The notes under the pieces: model-generated
The model's database searches: none
Told to the model about the DNA's origin: nothing
Seen by the model: the letters and a program-made list of their open reading frames with translations, nothing else
Shown: positions 1 to 10,000 of the stretch, piece after piece
Layout of the letters: every line of letters begins with the position of its first letter
How positions within the stretch are numbered: the first letter of the stretch is position 1
Translations under genes and position numbers: made by a program
Origin: an uncultured virus (IMG/VR IMGVR_UViG_3300030294_000026)
Taxonomy: Duplodnaviria > Heunggongvirae > Uroviricota > Caudoviricetes
IMG/VR virus record: IMGVR_UViG_3300030294_000026
Span: 53,663-73,662 of that record
Reading direction: 5' to 3' (one strand)
DNA length: 20,000 bases

Positions 1-20
1 AAAAAATAATTACTAATACG

Positions 21-49
21 TTGACAAGGTAACTAATGAGTGATATTAT
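21..49 (+). promoter_or_regulatory. sigma-A-type promoter for ORF 180..878
   Basis: TTGACA (21-26), 17-bp spacer, extended -10 TGaTATTAT (41-49). Confidence 0.8.
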
Positions 50-179
50 AAATACATAAGGTTGGTAAACAAAACCAATCTAATAAAAATAAGGCAATAA
101 CAAAAGTAGTTATCACCTAGTATATCGCAAATATTAGTATAACACATGTTAGAGTCTAATTCAAGGGAGATGTTGTATT

Positions 180-878
180 ATGGAAAATTTTATGCAAACA
201 GGTTTGAAAAGAGAAGCAATAATTGAGAACAATGAAGTGAGCAAGTACATTAAAGAACTGCATAAAGAATACGATTGGTTTTGTCAGTTTTACGAAATAG
301 AAGATGTAGATTTTATAGGTAATTATGAATTGTTCTTATCTTGTGGACATGTAGAATGGAATATTGATAGGCAAAATTTTTATTCCATTAAAGAAAATCA
401 ATTATATAATTTCTTTAGAAGATTAAAAACTGGTATTTATAGAAGTATTTTAGTTAATGATAAAGAAGTATTAATTGATGATGATAACCTTACAGATTGT
501 TTGTATAAAACTTTAGTTGAAAAAATAGAAAACTCAAGTATTGTTATGGGTTGTGACTCCTTAAAAGTCATACATATATATGGAGAAATAAGTGAACTAA
601 AAGGATATGATGAAATGTCATATTTTGAAATATTTACAAGACAATTTTTAAATAATGAATGTGGTGAAGATTTTGGATTGATTGTTAAAAACGATCCTTA
701 TCAAAATGAGTTTAAGGATACTCAGTTTAAAGATGTTGATGACTATTATAAGAGATGTAGTAATATAGTATTTGCTGAATATGTAGAAGAAAACAAATCA
801 ATGAATGGCAATGCTATTAGAGTTCAGTATAAAGGACGAGATGGACAAGTATTGAGTGAGATATGGCAACCGATATAA
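180..878 (+). CDS. hypothetical protein, 232 aa, acidic (moron-like accessory gene)
   Basis: Long ORF with AAGGGAG RBS upstream and its own consensus promoter; no motif recognised. Confidence 0.8.
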   Translation: MENFMQTGLKREAIIENNEVSKYIKELHKEYDWFCQFYEIEDVDFIGNYELFLSCGHVEWNIDRQNFYSIKENQLYNFFRRLKTGIYRSILVNDKEVLIDDDNLTDCLYKTLVEKIENSSIVMGCDSLKVIHIYGEISELKGYDEMSYFEIFTRQFLNNECGEDFGLIVKNDPYQNEFKDTQFKDVDDYYKRCSNIVFAEYVEENKSMNGNAIRVQYKGRDGQVLSEIWQPI

Positions 879-887
879 AATTAAATA

Positions 888-915
888 TTGTTTAAATGAA
901 TAAATATGGTATAAT
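888..915 (+). promoter_or_regulatory. promoter of a putative antisense (antitoxin) RNA
   Basis: TTGTTT (888-893), 16 bp, TGgTATAAT (907-915); no + strand ORF follows, and the transcript would run antisense to the 999..1178 gene. Confidence 0.55.
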
Positions 916-921
916 TAGAGT

Positions 922-1001
922 ATAATAAAAGAAAAAGGACGATTGCTCGTCCTATGTATCTCAGCCAGATGTAGGCTCTAATTTAAGTATTCGGCTCTTT
1001 A
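922..1001 (+). ncRNA. putative type I antitoxin sRNA (3' end uncertain)
   Basis: Downstream of the 888-915 promoter; complementary to the terminator and 3' UTR of the convergent small hydrophobic ORF; possible imperfect hairpin 963-996 followed by CTTTT. Confidence 0.4.
924..953 (-). terminator. intrinsic terminator of the minus-strand small ORF
   Basis: Minus strand reads AGGACGA-GCAA-TCGTCCT (GNRA tetraloop) followed by TTTTCTTTTATT. Confidence 0.8.
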
Positions 1002-1178
1002 CTTCAGAATATTTATAATTAGAGTCTTTATTATGTCTTGGTTAACACCATTTACAATAGCTTTAGATATCGAGTCTAATGCTAAAATAAACAATATAAC
1101 TTTCCAAAGGCTTAATCCATTCTTTTTAACTGAAACTGGTTTAGTTTCGTAATCCAAATGAATACGTCTCTCTTTCAT
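999..1178 (-). CDS. small hydrophobic protein, 59 aa; candidate type I toxin
   Basis: Strong RBS GGAGGAGGTG upstream of the ATG at 1178 (the ORF-track TTG at 1196 overlaps this RBS); MKERRIHLDYETKPVSVKKNGLSLWKVILFILALDSISKAIVNGVNQDIIKTLIINILK, with a basic N-terminus and a hydrophobic segment. Confidence 0.7.
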   Translation of the reverse strand: MKERRIHLDYETKPVSVKKNGLSLWKVILFILALDSISKAIVNGVNQDIIKTLIINILK

Positions 1179-1191
1179 CAAAATCACCTCC

Positions 1192-1247
1192 TCCAAAGTA
1201 TTTTACCTTAAAAATAACTTATTATATCTAAGATAAAATACTTTGGA
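1192..1247 (-). repeat. 19-bp inverted repeat in the 5' UTR of the small ORF, abutting its RBS
   Basis: TCCAAAGTATTTTACCTTA (1192-1210) / TAAGATAAAATACTTTGGA (1229-1247); the single mismatch is a G-U pair on the minus-strand RNA. Confidence 0.8.
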
Positions 1248-1404
1248 TTATGGTCGTTAGAACCATGAAAGACTACGTGATTTACTATATTGTTATAGAT
1301 ATTAATCTAATGTTTTAAGGTTTAATTTTGGACATGATTTGTTCAAATTCATTTTTCATAACATTTCATTTTTAACCCTTTATCTATTTTAATACAGTGA
1401 ATAC

Positions 1405-1413
1405 ATTATACCA
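1405..1413 (-). promoter_or_regulatory. candidate extended -10 promoter for the minus-strand small ORF
   Basis: Minus strand TGGTATAAT; the -35 is poor. It would give a ~220-nt 5' UTR. Confidence 0.4.
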
Positions 1414-1604
1414 TAAATTTGAAAATATAGATATTATTATTTTAATGAATTGATATTATAGGAATTGAAGAAAAGAAATTTAGAGATAACTTTATGCATA
1501 CATAACGGAATTTGAGGATAAAATTAATATAATTATTGAATTAAATGGTGAAAGACAAGAATATATTTTGGAAATAGCTTAATTAATTTAATGGTTATTT
1601 AGAG

Positions 1605-1632
1605 TTGATTATAGGCAGAAATGCTTTATAAT
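1605..1632 (+). promoter_or_regulatory. promoter for the endonuclease leader and gene
   Basis: TTGATT (1605-1610), 16 bp, TATAAT (1627-1632); predicted start ~1639-1641 coincides with the first base of the structured leader. Confidence 0.6.
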
Positions 1633-1640
1633 ATAGATAT

Positions 1641-1757
1641 GGAAGAAATAGATGTGGAATAAGGTTCGAAACTTATATTACATTGAACGGGCTATCTCCA
1701 ATTAGCTTTTCTTCCTTTTTATTAATATTGGAGAAATAAATTAAATTATATTGGAGG
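1641..1757 (+). ncRNA. putative structured cis-regulatory RNA leader (three-way junction plus pseudoknot)
   Basis: P1 1641-1647/1709-1715, P2 1651-1663/1672-1684 with loop GTTCGAAA, P3 1689-1694/1703-1708 with loop TCTCCAAT complementary to ATTGGAGA (1727-1734) and ATTGGAGG (1750-1757). Confidence 0.55.
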
Positions 1758-1765
1758 AATTTAGG

Positions 1766-3013
1766 ATGAACATAGGTAACTTAGAAGTATATGGAATTAT
1801 ATATAAAGTTGAAAATTTAGTTAATGGAAAAGTTTATATTGGACAAACTACAGAAGATAAAGGATTTGATGGACGATATTGTAGAAAAGGAGAAGATGTA
1901 GAAAGAGTTTATAAACAGAATAAAAGATTAAAAGAGTTAGGATTAAGTTATAATAAACATTTATTAAGTTCTATAGAAAAGTATGGTTTTGATAATTTTA
2001 AAGTAGATAAAGAACTTGATTATGCCTTTAGTCGCAATGAATTAAATATAAAAGAACAATGTTGGATAAGTATTTTTAACAGTTTTAATAATGGATATAA
2101 TAATAATCATGGAGGAGCTGGGAATTCAGGATATGAAGGGCTAAAAGGAATAGATAATCCTATGAGTAGAGAAGTTGTACAATTATCTTTAGAAGGAATT
2201 TTTATAAAAACGTGGGACTGTATGGAATATGTTTCTCAAGCATTAAATATAAATAAAGCACATATATGTGGAGTATGTAATAATACTTATGGAAGAAAAT
2301 CAACTGGTGGTTATATGTTTATGTATAAAGAAGATTATCAAAAACTAACTAATAAGGATACTATACATTATAATAACGAAATTGGAGAATATAACAAAGA
2401 ACCAGTTATGCAATTAGATTTGAACGGTAAATTTATTCAAGAATTTAACTCTATTTCAGAAGCTAGTAGATTAGTAAATGGAGCAACAATAGCAAAGATA
2501 TCTAAGTGTTGTAAAAAAGAGAGAAAGTCGAATGGTGGTTTCATATGGATATATAAAAAAGATTATTCTGATAACAACACGTATTCATGGAATGGCATAC
2601 ACAACGGAAAATCAAAAGAAGTTATACAATTATCTCTGAATGGTGATTTTATAAGTGAATATTCTTCTATTACTGAAGCTTCTAAATTTGTAAAAAATAC
2701 ATCAGTAAGTAAAATATCAAAATGTTGTAATGGAAATTCAAAATCTCATGCAAGTTATATATGGGTATTTAAAAATGATTATAATAAAGACATCAATTAT
2801 AAGTTAGATACAAAACATACTGGAAAATCTAAAAAAATAATTAAATTATCATTGAATGGAGATTTTTTAAATGAATATGATTCAGCAAAAGAAGCCGAAG
2901 AAAGTAATAATATATCAAGAAAAGCGATAACTAAATGTTGTAGTGGAAAAAGTAAAACATCAGGAGGATATATTTGGAAATATAAAGAAGATTATAATAA
3001 AATAGCAATATAA
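1766..3013 (+). CDS. free-standing GIY-YIG homing endonuclease with four NUMOD1-like DNA-binding repeats
   Basis: N-terminal YGIIYKVENLVNGKVYIGQT motif, later E..WI and GYN; four C-terminal repeats of the form K.VIQL.LNG.FI.E..SI.EA...I.KCC......GG.IW.YK; GGAGG RBS favours ATG 1766 over TTG 1751. Confidence 0.9.
   Translation: MNIGNLEVYGIIYKVENLVNGKVYIGQTTEDKGFDGRYCRKGEDVERVYKQNKRLKELGLSYNKHLLSSIEKYGFDNFKVDKELDYAFSRNELNIKEQCWISIFNSFNNGYNNNHGGAGNSGYEGLKGIDNPMSREVVQLSLEGIFIKTWDCMEYVSQALNINKAHICGVCNNTYGRKSTGGYMFMYKEDYQKLTNKDTIHYNNEIGEYNKEPVMQLDLNGKFIQEFNSISEASRLVNGATIAKISKCCKKERKSNGGFIWIYKKDYSDNNTYSWNGIHNGKSKEVIQLSLNGDFISEYSSITEASKFVKNTSVSKISKCCNGNSKSHASYIWVFKNDYNKDINYKLDTKHTGKSKKIIKLSLNGDFLNEYDSAKEAEESNNISRKAITKCCSGKSKTSGGYIWKYKEDYNKIAI
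2165..3000 (+). repeat. four tandem ~70-77 aa NUMOD1-like repeats within the endonuclease
   Basis: SREVVQLSLEG.., KEPVMQLDLNG.., SKEVIQLSLNG.., SKKIIKLSLNG.., each ending in (Y/F)(I/M)(W/F)x(Y/F)K. Confidence 0.85.
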
Positions 3014-3018
3014 AATGA

Positions 3019-3048
3019 TTGGAATAATTATCTAACATATGGTATATT
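3019..3048 (+). promoter_or_regulatory. candidate promoter for the membrane-protein moron
   Basis: TTGGAA (3019-3024), 18 bp, TGgTATATT (3040-3048). Confidence 0.45.
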
Positions 3049-3071
3049 ATACTATAAGAGGTGATTATACT

Positions 3072-3353
3072 ATGGGATTAAATCAAATTATTTTTTTGTT
3101 AATTATTTTAATTGTTATAAGTTGTATTATATGGCAATTATTTAAAAGTAGACAGTTATTTTTAGCAGGATTTATATTAAATTCTAATTCATATATATTA
3201 TATTTATTTTCTTTAATAGTTCCGTTAGTAGGAATTATAGTTGGTTCTATAAAGATTAGCAAAGATGATAATTATAATAGAAATGTAGGGATTAATTGTA
3301 TAATATTAAGCATAGTATCAACTATTATAGGGATAATAATTATTACAAAATAG
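3072..3353 (+). CDS. small integral membrane protein (~93 aa, about 3 TM segments)
   Basis: GAGGTG RBS (3058-3063) favours ATG 3072; three hydrophobic stretches. Confidence 0.75.
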   Translation: MGLNQIIFLLIILIVISCIIWQLFKSRQLFLAGFILNSNSYILYLFSLIVPLVGIIVGSIKISKDDNYNRNVGINCIILSIVSTIIGIIIITK

Positions 3354-3382
3354 GAATATGAAAATAATATAATAATTTAGAT

Positions 3383-3408
3383 AAGACTTAGTAAATCTAG
3401 GTCTTTTT
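3383..3408 (+). terminator. intrinsic terminator
   Basis: AAGACTTAG-TAAAT-CTAGGTCTT followed by TTT. Confidence 0.75.
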
Positions 3409-3439
3409 ATTATGTAAAAAATAAAGGAGAAATGTATAA

Positions 3440-3973
3440 ATGGGAATTTTAGAAAAACACCAAAAGTCAAATATTAGATATTCAAATAAAGATATAACAT
3501 TTTTTGAACCTACTGATGAACAATTAAAAGAAGTAAAAGAAATCATTGAAAATAACATTACAATGATAAATGAACTAACAGTAAATCAAGAATTAGATAC
3601 AAAAAGTATAAGATTTATTATTCGTGAATTAACCAACATTGGTGCAGAAATAGACGAATTTACAGATGAAGAATTATTAAATAAATTAAATGATGGTGAT
3701 AGAATTTTAAAACTTTTATTAAGAGAAGTGCAAAAATTTGTTAATGAAGTAGTAGATGACATATTAGATGAACAAATTGAAAATGTAAAAGCTTTTAATA
3801 CCTTAATTAATATTTTAAATAGTAAGCAAGATATTAAAATATTAGAAACAAAAGTAAATAAATTCTTTAAAAGGAATAAAATAAACATGAAATTTGAGGA
3901 ATTGAAAGATTTTAAAAATAATCCAGAAAAAGCACAAGAATTAATAAATAAATTAAATATAAAAACTAAGTAA
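3440..3973 (+). CDS. phage protein, probable tail assembly chaperone
   Basis: AAGGAG RBS; acidic helical protein immediately upstream of the tape measure gene (positional inference). Confidence 0.55.
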   Translation: MGILEKHQKSNIRYSNKDITFFEPTDEQLKEVKEIIENNITMINELTVNQELDTKSIRFIIRELTNIGAEIDEFTDEELLNKLNDGDRILKLLLREVQKFVNEVVDDILDEQIENVKAFNTLINILNSKQDIKILETKVNKFFKRNKINMKFEELKDFKNNPEKAQELINKLNIKTK

Positions 3974-4008
3974 AGAAGTGCCAAATAATCGGTACTTCTT
4001 TTATTTTT
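3972..4008 (+). terminator. terminator-like hairpin between chaperone and tape measure genes
   Basis: AAAGAAGTGCC (3972-3982) / GGTACTTCTTT (3991-4001) followed by TATTTTT. Confidence 0.65.
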
Positions 4009-4033
4009 GAAATGAAAGGAGAAAAGATTATAA

Positions 4034-7000
4034 ATGGCAGGACAATATAAAAATTCAATTAGCTTAGGTATAAAATTACAACCTACTAGTGAGGTACAAA
4101 TAGAATTAAAAACTGCAATAGAACAATTGAATAAAAATTCCAGTATAGATTTAAAAATAGATACAACACAAATAAATCAATCTTTAAAAGATTTTTCAAG
4201 TACTTTAATGAATGTTGGAGATCAATTAAAATCACATTTTAATATGCATGGTGTAAGTGATGAGATTGATATGTTACAAAAAAAGATTACAAAAGTCAAA
4301 GGAAGTTCCTTAGATATTGGAGATGGTTCAAAGGGATTTGATGAACTTCAACAACGTGCTAAGGTAATTAGGGAAACTGTTGATGAATTAGCTAAAATCA
4401 GTTTTAATACAACAAAAAGTGGTTCAGTTAAAGACGCAAGTATTACGTATACTGATAATATGGGAAAACTTGTAACCGAAACGATGAAATGGAAAAATGT
4501 TTCTGGAGATGCTGAAAATGAAGTTAAAAGAGTATTTACTACTACTAATATAGCAGTTAGTGAAAATATTAAAACATTAGAAAATTATAAGCAAAAACTA
4601 GAAGAAACTAAATCTAAAATGCAATCTAGTTTGAATACATTATCAAGTAATTCAAAAAACAGTAATAATCTTAATGGGTTCATAGATGAATCTGTAATAA
4701 AAAGTATACAGTCACGATTGAATTCTATTAATACAAATACTGCCGATAGTGAGATTAAGGAATTACAAAATACTATTAAAAACTTAGGTAGTAGTGAGTC
4801 ACAAATAGTAAGAGTTCAAAATGCAATATTGAAGCTAGAAAATGGATTGACTAACCTACGTGGAAAATATTCTGGATTAGTGGGGGACTCAAGTTCTAAG
4901 GCTGAATTGTCAAATTATATTTCTCAAATAGAAAATCTTAAAAAGGTATTATCTAGTTTAAATAATGGAGATAGTTTGAATGGAGCTAAAATATCTCAAG
5001 AAATAGGAAAAGGAACTAATGCTAGTAGAGAATTAAGTACGGCAGTTAAAAACTCATCCAATGCACTTAAGCTTGCAACTACAGACAGTGAATCATTTGG
5101 ACAAAGCATAAGAAGAACCCTAAGCAATGCAGGCATTTACATGGGAACTTATCAAGCTATAAACATGATTACTAGTGCTTTAAAAGATGGTATAAAAAAT
5201 ATAATAGACATAGATACACAAATGCGTGATTTAGCTAAGGTTAGTAGTGCAACTACAGAACAACTATCAAAGTTTTCACAAGTAGCAAATAAAATAGCAA
5301 TAAATGTTGGAACTTCTACTGAATCTGTAATATCTGCTACAACTTATTATAGCAAACTAGGATATTCTATAGAAGAAGCAAGCAAACGTGCAGAAAAAGC
5401 TAGTATATTTGCAAATGTTGCAGATATGGGAATAGATGATGCGTCAAAGGCTTTAATAACTATTCAAAAGGGTTTTGATTTAAATAGTTTAGAAGATATG
5501 AATAGAGTAATGGACGTAGCAAATGCAGTAGGAAATAACTATTCATCAACTTCTCAAAATGTTGCCGAAGGTTTAAGGCGTATGGGTAATGCTATGAAAG
5601 AAGCAGGAAATAGTTATGAGCAATCAGTAGGTTTATTTGTAGCTGGTAATGCTTCGGTTCAAGATGCTGAAGTTGTAGGAAATGCCATCAAAACAATAAC
5701 TATGAGATTACGTGGAATGAAGACCGAAATAGATGAAACAGGCATCCCTGCAACCAAATTAAGACAAGCAATTAAAGATGTGACAGCAACAACTGGGCAA
5801 GAAATTGATATTATGAAGGATGATAATACATTCAAATCTACTTATCAACAAATGACTGAATTATCGCAAGTTTATCCAAAATTAACAGATGCTCAAAGGT
5901 CTTATTTACAATATGTAATTGCTGGTCAAAGGCAAGGAAATATTTTTAGTGGTATGATGACTAACATGAAAGAAGGAACAGACGCTTACACGACTGCATT
6001 GAACTCAAATGGATCAGCTATGCGTGAACAACAAATTTTTATGAATAGTATTGAAGGTAAACTAAACAAATTAAAAGAAACATTTAAGCAATTTTGGGTA
6101 TCAACGATATCAAGTGATTCTGTAAAAAATATGGTTGATGGATTAACTAGTGTAGTTTCAATTTTTGGGAATTTGCCCAGTATTGTAGGACTTGCAACTA
6201 CTGCTTTTTTAATATTCAAAGGACAAGCAATAATAGGTGCTATTAGTGGATTAATGCAATATGCCACAACATTAACTTCAGTTATATCAAGAGTAGGTTT
6301 AATGAAAATTGCAATTGGCGAATTAAGCATTGCTATGTCTACGAATCCTTTTGGTTTATTAGCAATAGGTATAACTACAGCAGTTATTGCATTAGATTTA
6401 TTTGGAACATCTACAGAACAAGCTAAACAAAAAAATGAAGAATTATTAAAAAGTATTCAACAAAGTAAAACTGATATTAGTTCATTGGAACAATTAAAAA
6501 CCCAATATGAAAATTTAAATAAAGAATTAGATAATGGAAGTCTTTCTACGGAACAAGCAAAGCAAAAGAAACAAGAATTATCAGGAGTATATCAAAAATT
6601 AATCCAACTAGCACCAGAATTAGAAGGTTTATTGAACAGTGAAAGTGAAGATTACAAAAATCAATCAAAAGCTATTCAAAATATAATTGATTTAAAAAAA
6701 CAAGAAATGGCTTTGAAGTCTGAAAAATATTTTGATGATAATAGTATCAGTGATAAAACCATACAACAAAAAATAGAACAAATGAAGAGATATAGACAAA
6801 TGATGGAGTCTAATGCGAAATACGCAACGATGTCTGATGAAGAATTAAAAAATAATAATGCACTTGGTTGGAGTAGTGGAGATACTGTCAGGGATCAAAA
6901 TAAACATTCAGAATTACAGAATAAACAGAAACTTATGGATATAAATCAAGAATTACAAACCATTATGACAAATTATAATACTCTCAATGGTATGGGTTTA

Positions 7001-10000
7001 AAAAGTCCAATAAGTAATGAAATGATTAATAGTATAAAAGAAGCATCATCAAGCATGGATGTTTATGGTAAAGAAATAAAAACTACATCATCAAATGCTA
7101 ATAGTAATACTAAATTAGTTTCTGAGGCTATGAATCAAATAAGACAGGGTTCTTCGGTAAGTTCGGAAACTATTAGTAAAATATCACAATCGTATCCTAA
7201 CTTAGGTATAAATGCAAGTAATGCAAAGCAAAAAATTCAAGAATTAAATAAAGCAATTTCTGATACCCCAAGTGTAGATGACCAAACAAATAAAGAACAA
7301 GAAAATGCAAATGCTATAGCAAATGCTACTAAAGAATATGGAAAATCTACAGAAGCAATTGCCAAAATGCAAGGATATCTTGATAAAATTAATAAAACAC
7401 ATTCGTTAACACCGACTCTTGTTACACAAATCTCTAAGGCTTATCCTGAATTAGCGAGTCAAGTTGGAAATGTAACACAACTTGAAGAGTCGTTAAAACA
7501 AAAGATACAAGAACAAGCAGATTCTCAGTTGGCTAACTATGAAATCATGATGGGATCAGACCAAGAATTTTATTCACAAAAAATAAAAAACAATCAAAGC
7601 TTTGAAGATTCGCTTAATGCATTTCTAAATTCATTTGTGACTAATAGTGAAGATGCTTACAATATTGACACAAATAATTACAAAACACTAAATGAACTTA
7701 AGCAAGGCATTCAGGGAGATTTTGGCGAATCGATTAATCAATGGCTTAGTCAGTATGTTGATACATCTGTAAAAGGATATTCTATTGATCTAAGTAATTT
7801 TAAAAGTTTAGCAGATGCGAAACAAGGTATATTAAAAATACTTAAAGGTGAAATGGATAAACTTAATCAAGCTATGGCGACTATGACTAAAAATATAGCA
7901 GACCAAGCCAAAGCTATAGATAATGCTAAAAGTAGTGATGTTAACTCTCTAAATTCAGAAAAGCTATATGGTAAAGATATTCAAGCGTTAGAAAGTTTAG
8001 CTGATAAACAAAAACAAGTACAAGGTGGAATTAATGATTTTAATGCTAGTTTTGATAAGTTCGGAATAGCTGAAAAAGGTCTTAGTGGTGGAAGTATAGG
8101 TAATGGTGGGACTGGAACACCAGCTAAAGACACCTCGAAAGCAGATGCTAAAAAAGCAGAAAAAGAACTTGAAGATTCTGAAAAGAAAATGATTGATAAT
8201 ATCACTGATGCTTATAATAAAGCAAAAGATATCATATCGAATGATATTGAAGAAATAGATGCTAAAATAACTGGATTAGGTGATATAGATGATTCTAATT
8301 TTACTCAAAAAGTTTCACTTGTAAATGATAAAATAGGTGAACAAAAGAAAATAGTAGATGAAGCTGATAAACAGTTACAAGCTTTAAAAAACACAACAGT
8401 AACTACAGCAGATGCACAAGAAAGTCTAGAAAATGCGACACTTAAAGCATCGAAAGAATTACGGCAAGAAAGTTTAGAAGTAGCAAAACTTCAATCAGAA
8501 ATCGAAAAAACTGATATTGATGAATTAAAGAAGATGTATGAAGACCAAAAGAGCATTGAAACTGAAACTTTAGAAGCTAATCAAAAAGCACAAACAGATA
8601 AAATAGAATCTATTAAGCAAGCACAAGAAGATGCACATAACCAAATAATGAATGATTATGAAGATGAATTAACTGCTTTAGATAACAAATCTAAGAAATT
8701 AGATGAAGATAATGACAAAATAGAAAGAGCTAATGAATTAGAAAAAGAGAAAAATGATTTATTAGAGAAGCAAAAAGAGTTAAGTAACTTAGAATCACAA
8801 AAGACTGTAAAAACTTTAAAACAGGATAGTTCAGGGGCATGGTCATATGTAGGTGAAGTAGACACTACTGCTATAGCAACTAAACAAAAAGAAGTTACAG
8901 AAGCTCAAAAAACTCTCGATGATACAAATAGAAAAAATGCTTTAGATGATGCAAAAAAAGAAATAGAAGATAAAAAAACTGTTATTGAAGCAGAAAAAAC
9001 AGCAGAAGATGACTTGTATAAAAAGAAAAAAGAATATTTAGATAAGTATTCAGATGATTTGAAAGAATCACAAGATAGAGATACGAAGCGTCTCGAGAAT
9101 AATTATTCCGACATTGAAAAAATGGCAAAAGATACATTAAAAAAATTAGAAGAAGAACACAATAATGATTGGAATGCTATTTCAGATTCAATTTCGCTTA
9201 CATTAACTAGAACTAAGAAAGCATTAGAAGACTTAACTACATTAAGAGCCAATTTTACAACATCAGAAGCAAATGATGCTATTAATAGTGGAGATGTATC
9301 AGGATATGTAACAAAAAATAAGGATAAAATGAATCTAAAAGCAAATGTAGATGAAAGTGACATAGATGCTCATTTAAGTGCTATTAGTGATAATGCAGAT
9401 GAGGCTACTACTTCAATTACCATATTAAATAAAACCTATGATGAGTTATTATCTAAGAAAAGTATTAGTAATATAACCGAAGCTGATATTAATGATAAAA
9501 AAGTACAAGTTCAAAAAACGGTGGATATAGACAATGAGGGCTTAACTAATACTCTAAATAATTTAAAAACTATTAATGCTACAATTGAAGCAGAAATAGA
9601 TTCTCACTATGCAAAATTACTTGATAAACAAAATATATCGCAACAAAGTGAAATGGACAGTTTAAAGGTTTTTGCAGAAGAATATACTACTTATTATAAT
9701 AAATTTTTAGAATTAGTACAAACAGTTAATGACTTTAGGTTTAATAATATTGTAGTTAATGTGCAAAGTTCAGTAGATAATGTATTACAAGGATTAGAAG
9801 TTATTGCAAAAGCTTATGAAAAATATGCTAAAGCCTATAATATTATGCATCCAAAAGACAAGATTTCATCCAGCGTAGATATATCAGATGTGCAAAGTGC
9901 AAATAATACATATAAGCAATCTGTAACAGGCTATCAAGCTAATGTATTAGCATCTTATTCAACAGAGTCATTTGAAAAATATGCAAGTCAAATAGGAAGT

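Noticed and set aside
1641..1720. tRNA suggested by the GTTCGAA loop
   Set aside because: No cloverleaf, anticodon arm or D arm; kept only as a structured leader
1600..3030. Group I intron hosting the GIY-YIG gene
   Set aside because: No interrupted host gene and no recognisable P7/catalytic core; the gene has its own promoter and looks free-standing
3586..3984. 132-aa minus-strand ORF
   Set aside because: Antisense shadow of the A-rich 3440..3973 gene; F/L/S-rich composition typical of such shadows
3440..4033. Programmed -1 frameshift (G/GT-type chaperone)
   Set aside because: No second ORF between this gene and the tape measure; only 60 nt containing a hairpin
5986..9363. Four minus-strand ORFs inside the tape measure gene
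   Set aside because: Antisense shadows of a well-supported coding sequence; no independent signals noticed
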